A stretch of 60,862 nt of DNA, the filler included, from Jimgerdemannia flammicorona (lineage: Eukaryota): NCBI GenBank assembly GCA_003990765.1. It is 3 parts of 3 records of this genome, joined end to end, with 100 filler letters (N's around TTAATTAATTAA, not from the genome) between each part and the next. Parts side by side here need not be neighbours in the genome. Positions count along the whole stretch, not along the records: positions 40,645 to 60,862 come from RBNJ01001734.1; 2 more parts are not named here. One strand, written 5' to 3'. Shown here in pieces: positions 41,009-52,927 of the stretch. The notes beneath the pieces were generated by a model. It was not told where the DNA came from. It worked only from the letters and a program-made list of their open reading frames with translations, and made no database searches. A program made the translations under genes and the position numbers. Each line of letters opens with the position of its first letter. Within the stretch, counting starts at the first letter, position 1.

Positions 41009-44000
41009 CTAAACTAGGTCAGTAGCATTCTGGAGATTGGTCTTGGGTTCCCAGGTTGCATCATGGATTGGGTAACCTTTCCATTTGACAAGGTACTCAG
41101 GATGGTTCTTGTTGCCACATTTGTTGAGGATTTGTTCAACTTCGTACTCTTCTTGGTCATTAATGATGACAGGTACAGGTGGTTTGGTGGTCCGGTTTGG
41201 AAATAGCTTGTCATCATTCTCATTATATCGCTTGAGATGTTGAACATTAAAGACTGGGTGAATCTTAATGGTGTTCAGTAGCACCAGTTTGTAGGAGGTT
41301 GGAGAGACTTGTGTGATGACTTCAAATGGTCCAATGAACTTGCTGTTTAGCTTAGTAGATGGTCTGTGCTTGAGGTTGTCAACTTGGTATCCTCTGATGT
41401 CTAGTAGGACTTTTTCTCCAATATCAAAAGTTTCTTCTCAGCGGTGTTGGTTAATATACTGTGATTGTTATTCTTGAGCTTATGATAAATTCTCGATGGC
41501 AATCTGGCTTAAATTGCGCATTTGGAGTAAGAATTCTTCAACAGCTTCAACTGTGGAGGGTTCTTCAGTGGTTTGGATAAGTGTCAAAGGGGTGTTTGGA
41601 TTTTGTCTCATGTTGGTGAAGAATGGGGTCATTCCAAGAGAGGCTTGTTTGCTATTGTTGTAGGCAAACTCAACTGTAGTGAGGTGTTCATGCCAATCAT
41701 CTTGTTTGTAGGAAACATAGTTCCTTAGTATTTATTCCAGAGTTCGGTTCATTCTTTCAGTTTGGCCATCAGTTTCTAGATGAAAGGCTGTGGATAGTGC
41801 AAGTTTTGTTCCAAGGTGTGTATGGAGGGCTTTCCAAAAGTAGCTGGTGAATTTCGGATCTCGGTCACTAACAATGATCTTAGGAAGACCATGATAGCGG
41901 AAGATGTTGTCAAACAAGAGTGTGGCTATGTCTGGTGCTATTGCAGTAGTGGTAGTAGGCACAAAGTGGGCTTGTTTGCTGAGATAGTCTATAAAGACAA
42001 CAATTGCATCTTTCCCATTCTTGGTTCGGGGTAGTTGTACAATGAAGTCCATAGAGATTTGTTCCCAATTTGCAGATGGTACTGGGATAGGGTGAAGTAA
42101 GCCGGGTTTTGCTAGTGTTGAGAACTTGTTTTGTTGGCAGGCATCACAGGAAGTGATATAGGTTTTGAGTTGATCTGCCATATAGGGCCAATAGAAGTTC
42201 CGGGAGATAACTTCATAGCATTTGTCAAATCCTAAATGTCCAGCTGTAGGGGTATCATGACATTCGAATAGGATAGTCCTTCAGAGGTCTCGGTTGTTTG
42301 GGACATACAATCTGTCCTTGTAGTAGATAGCATTGTCCTTAAGTTGGTATTGATTGTACATACCAGGTATGCTTGTCAGCATCATTATTGTTCAGGATTT
42401 CTTGGAGTACCTGAGCTTTCTTATCATCAGTACATACTGCAATGATTTGTTCCATGATAGTGTTGGTAACCAAGGTCAGAGTTTGGATAACCTCTTCGAT
42501 TGGTGGTCTGGAGATTGCATCAGCAACAATATTTTCCTTGCCAGGGTGGTACTGGATTTCGTAGTCAAAGTTGGTGAGGATTTTCATCCATCTGGCTTGC
42601 TTTTGGGAAAGGGTAGCCTGTGTCTTGATATTGACTAATGACTTGTGGTCAGTCAATATGGTGAAGTGTGCTCTTTCTAGATATGGTCACCATTTGATCA
42701 GAGTGTCTACGATGGCTAGCATTTTCTTCTTGTGAGTTGCGTAGTTGATTTTGGCATCATTGAACTTGTGGGAGTGATAGGCCACAGGGTGTCCTTCTTG
42801 CATGAGCACTGCTCTAAGAGCTAGGTCAGAGGCATTAGTAGTGACTTCATATGGTAGGGCAGGGTTTGCTGCTTGAAGTACTGGTGTGGTTATCAGGGCA
42901 TCTTTCAGTGCTTGAAAGGCAGTATCTTGCTCGGGTCCCCAATTTACAAGATTGTTGAAGTCTTTCTCTTGTTTCATGGTCCAGGGTTGTTCTTGTTTCT
43001 TGCTGTGCTTGGTCATTTGGGTGAGGGCAGTAGCGATTTTAGCAAAGTTGGCAACAAATCGCCTATAATAGTTTGCTAATCCCAGGAATGACTGGAGGTC
43101 TTTCAGCTTCTTGGATCTGGGCCAATCCTTGATTGCAGAGATTTTGCTGGAGTCTACTTTGATTCCATTTGGGGTGACAATGTGTCCAAGGAATTGAATT
43201 TCTTTCAGGAGAAATTCGCACTTGCTGAGTTTTGCAAAGAGTCAGTTTTCTTGGAGTTTCAGTAGGACTAGTTCAAGGTGTTCAAGATGTTCCTCCAGGG
43301 TTTTGCTGAAGACTAGGATGTTGTCAATGTAGACAACAACAAATTTGTCCAGATATGGGTGCAGAATAGTATTCATCAATGTCTGGAAGGTTGCTGGGGC
43401 ATTAGTTAAGCCAAAGGGCATAACTAGGAACTCGAAGTATTCATAGTGAGTTCGGAAAGCTGTCTTGTAGATGTCTTCTTCTTTCATGACAATTTGCCAG
43501 TAACCATTTCACAGGTCAAAAGAGCTCATGAATTGTGGGTTGGTGAGCCTATCAAATATTTCATCAATCCTCGGTAGTGGGCAACAGTTCTTGATGGTCT
43601 GTTCATTGAGATCGCGGTAGTCAATGCACATTTGCAGGTCTCCTCCTTTCTTGACAACAAAGAGGACTGGTGCACTATAGGGTGATATGCTGGGTCTGAT
43701 GAATTCTTGTTCTAGGAGTTCATCAATTTCTTTCTTGAGTGCATTGATTTCTCTCGGAGACATGTGGTAGATTGACTTGAAGGCTGGTTTGGCATCTGGA
43801 ATAGTCTTGATTGCATAGTCTACTGCTCATTTGAGAGGTAGGCCTTTCAGGAGCTTCTTTGGGAATATGTCTCGGAATTTCTGGAGTAGTGGTCTGACAT
43901 GGCTGTCAACTTTGGAAAAATCTTCTTCAGAGTTCTCGGGTTCTCCTTTGGATGGTCGGATGGAGATGGCAAAGAGAGGGCATTTCTTGGCCAATTTCTT

Positions 44001-47000
44001 GAGTTGTAGCTTGTTGATGTGGGTGATCTTTAGTCCAGGGTCACTAGAGTTGAGTGAGTCCTTTTCACCTTATAGTTTGAAGTTGTGGCGTCCTTTCTTG
44101 ATGGTCAGAGAATGGTTTACCCAATCAATCATGGGGTTTTCTTGTTTTAACCATAGAGTCCCAAGGATGATTTCATTGTCAGAAAGTGGTACGATTTGGA
44201 GAGTAACATGTACTCAGTAGTCGCCAATTTGGAAGAGTAGATTGTGGACTTCTTTGCAAATAACATGTGAGGTTCCATCAGCTGTAGCAACTGCTTGAGT
44301 TTGCTGTACTGGAGAGGTGAAGACCTTGAGTCTGTTGGTTGTCTCTTCATTGATGAAGTTGCCTGAGGTGCCACTCTCTATCATAATCTTGACAGGTGCT
44401 CTGTTGACAAAAGCCTTAAGGGTGAGCAGTTTGTCTGATCCAATGGTGGTGATTTCAGTTGTAGGAGCCTTTCTTCTGTTGGTTCTTCTTTGAGCCAGTT
44501 CGTTGACACAAGTGAAGCAATCGTCAATCATTCGGGAAGAGTACATTCTAATACCATGAGGGCATCAGCCACTTGGTACATATCCATCTTCAATCTTCTT
44601 GTAGAATTGTTCTTCTTTGTTTATAGTAGGTTGGGCTGGGGCTTTGTTTGATGAGCCAAATCCTTTGGATCCTCGGATGGTGGGCAGTAGTTCAGGGACT
44701 TCCTTGACTATCAGGGTTGACTCAATTTTTTCGAATAGGATCTGGGTGATGCAGAAGCCAATAGGGATCTTGAAGGATGTCTAACTGTGGTTTCGAATGA
44801 GGACAATAATTTCGCCTGTGTAATCCTCATCAATGACTCCTCCTTCTACTGAGAGTTCTTTTAATGCTAGGCTGCTGCGACAGCATATTCTTCCAACATG
44901 TCCTTCAGGGATTTGGATACTGATTCCTGTATAGACTTATTTGACTTCTCGGTTGGAAACTATAGCTTCTTCGGCTACATACAGGTCATATCCGGCTGCT
45001 TTTTGACTTCCTTTGGTTGGGGCCTTAGCAGTTTGTCTTAACTTGACAAAGTCTAGTGTTCTGGTGGTCAGGTTGTTGAGGTGGTGAAGAGTGGTAACAG
45101 TTGCTCGTATTGCTGTTCGGGGTTTTCGGTTGGAGCAGGCACTGGCTATGTGTCCTGTCTTTCAGCAATAAAAGCATGCTCCACTTCTTCAAAGTTCATT
45201 CCTTTCGCCTTCAGTAAGTTTCTTGAAGGTACTGGGCTGGGTGGGTTCAGGATTTCTGGGTGTCCATGAGGTGGATGTGGAGGGAGCTCGGGATGCTTCA
45301 TGCTTGGGTTCTTCTTTCTTGGTCCAAGTCCTTTCCTTGTTGTTAAATTGTCTTCAGGGCAGAATTGGTCCAGCTGTTAGGATTCGCTTGACCATAGTCT
45401 TGATTCTTGCCAGGCACCATTGTTGGTGGTCACAACCAACTGGACAGCCTTGCTCTCAGATTTTTCTAGTAAGCCATTCAGGCAGGGCATCAAATAAATG
45501 TTCTGCTCTTGTACCATTTCGTACTTCATCATTGGTAATGTATCCTAGGCCAACAGTGTTCAGGAGTGACTCAAGTTTTGTACAGAAGGTTTCGAATTCT
45601 TCTTTGCCATGTACATCAAATTTGAGGTTGCGGAGTTTTACTCGAGATTCAGCAATCATGGTTTCACTGCAGTATTGGGCAATCATGAGTTGTTTGAGTC
45701 CAGGGGCTGCAGGATGGGCTCCATATCCTGGGGCATTGTTTGCTGCATTCTGAGCAACTACTGCAGGTCGGGTATCCCATGTGAGGGGTTTTTCAGAAAG
45801 GGTTCGCCACCATTCTTTGGCAGGTCCTTGGAAGAATGTAACAACTCAGTGGACAAAGGCTGTAGTGGTAGTAAAGACTTGTTCCAGGGTGTGGTCTTGA
45901 TTGTTTGTCAGAACGCGGTCAGCAACTCACTCATTGGTCCATTGATTGGCTTCAAAGTTGGTATCAACTACACTAATAAAGCTTTGGACTTCTTGTGCAG
46001 TTCCATTGAAGGTAGGTAGGCTCAGATTTTTGGTAGGTCAGGTCTGTTCAGCTAGGGCAGTGATGGTTGCTGCCATTATATGTAGCTACTTGGGCTGTGA
46101 GGGCTAGAATCTGTTGGTTCGCCATGTTGTTTACTGGAGGCGGTTGGACTGCAGATAGTGGTGTTACTGGTACTACTTGAGGTACTGGTGCAGAGTGTGA
46201 TGGGGTTCATTGGGTCTGTGTAAGTTGCTGGAGTAGTAGTTGTGGATCTGGAGTAAGGGCTTGATAGATAACTGTTTGTTGCTGTGTAGGTGTATTCTGT
46301 CCTGATGGAGGTGCTTCTCCTTCGGTAGTATATCTGAGATCGAATTCAGTGAGATACTCCTCCTCTTCTTCGGTTTGGTCCCCATGTAATTGGGTTTACT
46401 CAGCATCAAAGTATATGGAATCAGTTATATATCTGATTTCAGATGGACTTAATTCAAAGTCAAGTTCAGGTTCGGTATTGGTTTCAGATTCAGGTGGGCT
46501 GTAGCAGGTCCTGCTTGTCAGGTAGTTGGTGAAGGGTTTCTCTTGCTTCTTCCTTAAGGATATGGCAGGCCTTACTGTTCTGGAATCGGTAGTATAAGGC
46601 AGTCTTGGTCCTGGTACAGTGAAAGTCGGTAGAGTTGAGCTACTTGGCTACAGAGGCTTGGGCTTCGTGAGGAACTAAGGCTAGAAAGACTGCTGCTGGT
46701 TGTCCTAGGTCGCTCAGATTTGTGGAGCTGACAAAACTCTTGTTGAGAAGAGTAAAGAAGGCTTCAATAAGACCTTCTTCATCCTGACTTGCTGGGTGTA
46801 GTGCAAGGAGTTCAGTGAATAGGGATTCGCCTATTTGCTGGTTTAACTAGAGTACTTCTTTCTTTGAATAAAGTTTATCCCACTTGTTGCAGGTGTAGAG
46901 GTCAAATTGTCCTTGTACATCAGATTCAATTCTCTCCAGATTGTCAGATAGTTCAAGATAAATTCCAGTTCAGAGGTTGGGCTTTATACCAACTTATAGG
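41009..47000 (-). pseudogene. B1 gag-pol pseudogene: gag, CCHC knuckle, dUTPase, CPHG module, protease, RT, RNase H, integrase, chromodomain
   Basis: [96 protein letters not shown]. The gag start is approximate. Confidence 0.93.
44655..45060 (-). pseudogene. dUTPase domain of B1 (between the nucleocapsid knuckle and the protease)
   Basis: KAAGYDLY; TGISIQIPEGHVGRI; RSSLA; EGGVIDEDYTGEI; ITQILF; RGSKGFGSS. Confidence 0.93.
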
Positions 47001-47076
47001 AATTCTCAGAGGAGTTTGTAGTGGGGTGAGGAAGCGTCTTGAAGTGGAATTGGATTGTAAACCGCTGCTACTAAGT

Positions 47077-49119
47077 TGTAAGAGGGTTACTTTTTAGGGT
47101 AACTGTTACATAGTTCTGGAAAGGTTTTCTGGATATTCTAGATGTTCTGGAAGACTGTTTTCTTATGGTCAAGATCAATTTCGTATGGAGTACATCCTCT
47201 ATGCTTATTGATTTCAAGATCAGGTTGATGTCTCAACCAAAGTCCTTTTTTAGACTAGTTCTGGATGTTCAGGATTTTCTATATTTCGGAAGTTCAAGAA
47301 ACTAAGACCAGCTTAGTTGAATCGGCGTATTGCTGCAGACAATACCCAATTAGGAAATTTCGTGACAGGGTTAGGAGTAGGACCTAACAGGAAGTAGATT
47401 TACTTAAGAGTGGTTTGTGGGTTATGGAATAGGTTTATTTGCTATTCATGATATTGCTATACTAGGAGTAGTTGTGTAAAGGGGTATTGTGGGGAAGTAT
47501 TCAGGAATGTTCTTGTGTGTTTGAGTCTGTTCAAGTCTGAGATTTTGAGGTCTGGGGGAGGGGGTATTTATACTAGTGATGGGCTATCTGGACTATGCTA
47601 AATATGGATGTAGCACTAAGTGCTTTGCTGAGTCAGAATGCAGTCACGTAGTACAAGTGTGATCTGATATGTCAAGAGATTGTCTGACTGCTGAGTCAGT
47701 TCACAGTCACATTGTACAAGGCTAATCTAACTATACTATGACTGCTAGGCTATTTATGGGTTCAGGCGCTGTCTGGGTAGTCCTTGATGATATCACCATC
47801 GATTGCATCATCTCTGATGAAGTAGTCATCTAGAAATAATGGTTCGCAGATTACTTCTCCTTATTCGCTGAGGTAATAGTACATTGGAACTTCATCTCCG
47901 TCCCACAGAATAGCATCATCTGTCTCATATGCTGGATAAGGTGTTGGTGGGTGGAGGAGGGGTGCATCATCTTCGCTTTCGTCAGATTCACTGTCTGCAT
48001 ACCTTCTATAGGTTATGGCACTGTAAGTTGCAGGGTTATAGTATGCTGGCAGCTGTGGTTCATATCATTCATACTCAGGTGGTGGAGTGGTTGGTTCAAT
48101 CTTGAGGGTTGTCTGGAGGTACAGGTTGTGTTCTCCGGTCTCTTCATTGTAGTTGAAGTAATCGGGGGTGAATGCGGGTTGGTATTCATGCCAGTGGTCA
48201 TTGTCCCAATAAGTCTCGTATGTGGTTATGAACTGTTGTAAGTTCATCGGCAAGGTTGGCAGTGTGATCAGAGTTGGCAGAGATACTTGGCTAGAGGTCA
48301 TGTTAGTGTCAGAGGGATCATTGTCTTCTGCTTCATCTTTATCGAAGTGGATTATACATATCATAGACATCCTTCATGGCATATCCAACTTGAGGTATTT
48401 GCAGGATTTGATCATTGGAGTGTGGGAAGGTTCTATCTGTGGTTTCGATGTACTCAAGGTACTTGTGGTTGAGTTCTTGTATCATGTCATCGATTTGGCC
48501 ATAGGACAGGGTAGCAACCATTTCGCTGGTAGTGACTCGGAGGTGGGGAATAATGGTACTGTACTCATAGAAGAGTTCTCGATGTTTGCGGGCAATGAGC
48601 TTCTGGTGTTGAGACATCTGGGTAATGTCTGTATCATGGTGGTGATTGACCATGTCTTCCAGGAGGCAGCTGATCTGGTAGTAGCTTGAGATTTGTCCGA
48701 TTCGGTGGGCCTCGCTAAGCATGTTCAGAGTGTTCCATCGGGCTTCCACGAAGTAGAGGGGTGCCAGGCTATGGATATTCATGAGGGGCAGAGGGGGTGT
48801 GGCTTGGTTGACAATGGCATTCCAAATGTCAGCGCGGATATGGTTGTAGATCTCAGTGGTCATGTTTGTGTATTTGGAAGTTGTGGTTGTTGTTTGTTTT
48901 GGTTCTCTGATTCGACGCATCTCGGTGCTCGGTATATATGCATTTGGTCCTGATTGGTAAGATTCTGTTTGTGTAATTCTTGTGTTCTGTGACTTCGTAT
49001 TGACTCAGCTTTGTGCGCTGTGACTTCAGTTTGACTCAGCTTCATGATCGAGCAGGTGATTTCCAGATTTGTTCAGAGGTCATGTGTAATTTTGGTAGCT
49101 TGGAGGTTGTGCACTTATA
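47077..49119 (-). repeat. 5' LTR of B1, 2043 bp
   Basis: T(G>A)TAAG...CTTACA inverted termini; homologous segments at 10038-11408, 40645-40771, 49120-49461 and 51801-52927. Confidence 0.9.
47861..48920 (-). pseudogene. LTR-encoded ORF of family B (~350 codons reconstructed), function unknown
   Basis: ORFs 48339-48920 and 48065-48370 plus the downstream frame join after removing a 4-bp duplication at 48353-48360; the paralog near 52520-52545 is in frame there; one internal TGA at 48065-48067. Confidence 0.7.
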
Positions 49120-49461
49120 AAACCACTCTTAAGTAAATCCGCTCCCTGTTAGGTCCTACTCCTAACCCCATTACGAAATTTCCTAATTGGGTATTGTCTG
49201 TAGCGATATTCCAATTCAACTAAGCTGGCCTTAGTTTCTTAAACTTCCTGAAATATGGAAAATCCTGAACATCTAGAACTAGTCTGAAAAAAGGACTTTG
49301 GTTGAGATGTCAACCTGATCTTGAAATCAATAAGCATAGAGGACATACTCCATATGATATTGATCTTGACCATAAGAAAACAGTCTTCCAGAATATCCAG
49401 AACCTCTAGAAAACCCTTCCAGAACTATGTAATGGTTACCCTAAAAAGCAACCCTCTTACA
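49120..49461 (+). mobile_element. 3' end of another family B LTR (B2), into which B1 inserted in the opposite orientation
   Basis: Reverse complement of ~47077-47416, ending CCCTCTTACA; no PBS follows. Confidence 0.88.
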
Positions 49462-52400
49462 TTCAGTCTTTCTTAAGACTAGCAAACGATTATTGATAAT
49501 TTGTTACAAACTTTATCAAGATCACTACTATCCTTATCTAACTGATCAAGTATAGTAAAAAAAAAGAACAGCCCTGAACCACAAAGTAAGAAAACGACTT
49601 CAACAATCTTGTAAATTGGGAACCTAAACAAGATATAGGCTTTTAAGCTTAAATAATATCCTAATAACTATCTCAGCTCTTCAAGTAGTAAACTCTGTCT
49701 AACTTATGAAATTATCACTAATGTCTCTGACCTAGCTCTTGGAGTAGTACTTATGTAAGAAGGACATCATATAGTCTATTATTCTTCTAAGTTTAATAAT
49801 ACTGAATCAACTATAATGTATAAGAAAGAAATATTAGCCATTATAGACACTCTGATTAAATGACATCCATGCTTTATATCTCCAGATCACTAATTAAAGA
49901 AGTTATACAAACTCTCACCTTAGTTATCAACTCAATCATAGAATAAATTATTACAGCATACACTAATGATAAAGAAGCTTAAGTATTCTGAGAAATCCTA
50001 AGTAGTAATGATATCAATAAGTACTCTTAATATCATCAATAATATTTGATGGACAGTACTATCTATTATAAGAATAGATTATATATTCCTAATAATTGAG
50101 ACCTCTAAAGGACCATTCTATTTAAATATCATAATCCCCCTATAGCTGGACATTTAGAATTCAATAAATGTTATATAGTTATTTCTCAAAACTTTTATTA
50201 ACTCTGAATGGCAGACTAGTTAAAGACCTATATCATTTCCTATGATATCTACTAATATAATAAGTCCTCAACTCTAGCAAAATCTAAATTACTCTATACC
50301 TTCTGCTAATTGAGAACAAATCTCTATAGACTTCATTATACAACTACCCTGAACCAAGAATAGAAAAGATGCAATTGTTGTCTTTATAGATTACTATAGT
50401 AAATATGCCTACTTTATACCTACTATTACTATCACAACTCTATCTAAAATTACTATACTCTTATTTTACAATATCTTCTACTATTATGATCTTTCTAAAT
50501 TATCAGTAACTGAGATACAAAATTTACCAGCTATTTTTGGAAAGCTCTATATATATACCTTGAAACAAAACTTATACTATCTATAGCCTTTTATCTTGAA
50601 ACTGAAATTCAAACTGAAAGGATGAACTGATGTGTTTCCTATAGACAAGATGATGGCATGAATACCTTACTGCTATTAAGTTTGCCTATAATAATAGAAA
50701 CAAGCATCTCTTGGAATAATCCCATTCTTTACCAATATAGAATAAAATCTGAACACCCCTCTGATCATTATCAGAATTATTAATAAACTCTCCACTGTTG
50801 AAGCTATTGAAGAATTCCACTCTAAATGTGCCACTTAAGCCAGATTGCAATTGAGAATTTATCTTGAGCTCAAGAGCAATAATCATAGTATATCAACTAG
50901 TATTACCAAGAAGAAACTTTTGATATTAGAGAAAAAGTTCTATTAGATATCTGAGGATATTAAGTTGAAAACCTCAAGCATAGACCCTCAATAAAACTGA
51001 ACAGTAAGGTCATTTGGACCATTCAAAGTTATAGTATAAGTCTTTCTAATATTTTACAAATTAGTATTATCTAATACTATCAAGATTTGCCCTATCTTTA
51101 ATATTCAATATCTTGAGTGATATAATGAAAATGATGATAAACTATTTCCAAATTAAACTACAAAACCAACAGTACCTATTATTGTTAATGATTAAGAAAA
51201 ATAAGAAACTGAACAAATTCTCAACAAATATAGCCACAAGATCTATCCAGAATACTTAAACAAATGGAAAGATTACTTAATCCATAATGCTATATAGGAA
51301 TCCAAAGAATATTGTTGACTTAGTTCAAGAATATAACTTCTTAAACAATTGGTTGAATATTTCAATATCAATTATCTCTATATAATATATTACTCCTCTC
51401 TAATACTATTAAATACACACTTACCTAAAATTATTATGAACAAAATTGAGGACTCAGCAAGTTAAGATAAAAAGAAATACTAACTCTTTAAAAAATAGTA
51501 AAACTGAAAGACAGCCTATCTCTCTATATTACCAGTAGGATATAGGGTATAAATATTTAAGAAGATTTCTTAAAGAAAATTATTCTACAGTAAATAACAT
51601 CAGAATCACTTCTGGAATATAGTATTGAACTTATAACTCTTTAATATATAAATCCAATATATTAGGCAACTATACTATGAGCATACTACTTTCTGAGAAA
51701 AGAAAATATTACTGAACTTTTAACCATTCAAATAGTGTAACAATACTTGATAAAATTAGAAGACTTTGATGAGAATATCAAAAACTAAGTAGAGGAGAGT
51801 TGTAAGTACAAAATCTTCTAGTTATCAAAATTACACATTACTCTCAGAACAAACTTAGAAATCACATACAAGATTATGAAGCTGAGTCAAACCAAAGTCA
51901 TAGATTATAAAGCTAAGTTAACTCAAAGTAATAGAATATAAGATATACAGAAATGGAATCTTACCAATTAAGACTAGAAGTATCTATACTAAATATATAA
52001 TATGTTAAAATAAAGAACTACAATAAACAATAACAATAACTCTCAAATATATATCCAACCATAACAACTAAAGTCAATAACTACATCTATACTAATATTT
52101 GAAATTCTATTATAAACCAAGCTGCAGTACTCCTATCCCTCATGAATATTTATAGTCTAATACTCCTTCATTTTATAATGTTCAATGGAATACTCTGAAC
52201 ATATTTAGTGAGACCCACCAAATTAGACAAATCTCAAGCTACTACTAGATAAGCTATCTCTTAGAAGATATAGTTAACTCTTAATACTAGAAACTCATCT
52301 CTTATAAATACTGAGAACTTTTTATGAGTACAGTATCTTTATTCTCTATTTCCAAGTTACTACTGCTGAAATAGTTGCTATACTGACCTATAACCAAATC

Positions 52401-52927
52401 AATAATATGGTACAAGAACCTAACCACAAATATATTGAGTATACCTAAACTACAGACAGATTCTTCTTACATCCAGATAACCATATCCTGCAAATTCCCT
52501 AAGTTGGATATACTATGAAAGATGTCTTTGATATAATTCAGTTTAACAATAATGAAGCAGAAGACAATAATCTCTCTGATACTGATATGATCTCTAGCTA
52601 AGAATCTCTGCCAAAACTGATCACCCTGTCAACCTTGCTAATAAACTTACAATAGTTTATAATTATATATAAGATCTATTAGAATAATGACTATTGAAAC
52701 AAGTACTAGCCTACATTTATATCTAACTATTTTAACTACAATAAAGAGATTAAAGAACATAATCTATATCTCCAGACAATCCTAGAGATAGAATCCACAA
52801 CCCAACCTTCTGAGTATGAGTGAAATGATTAACAGCTGCTAGCATATTATAACCCTACAACATATAGTATTATAATCTACTCAAGGTATGCTAACAGTAA
52901 ATCTGATAAAAAAGAAGATAATATACT
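49462..52927 (+). mobile_element. Older family B element (B3): end of RT, RNase H, integrase, chromodomain, PPT, 3' LTR from 51801 (truncated by LINE C4)
   Basis: Collinear with the reverse complement of B1 from ~43100; PPT agaggagagt then TGTAAG at 51801; heavy C-to-T and G-to-A decay. Confidence 0.88.

Larger units (their letters stand above)
40645..49119 (-). mobile_element. Chromovirus (Ty3/gypsy) element B1, least eroded in the window; 5' LTR 47077-49119, start of the 3' LTR 40771-40645 (rest in the gap)
   Basis: PPT AAGAAGGGGAGAGT then TGTAAGCGCAC at 40771; the same start, decayed, at 49119; LTR end CTCTTACA at 47077 followed by PBS-like T(A/G)GTAGCAGCGG; full gag-pol with chromodomain. 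Confidence 0.94.
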
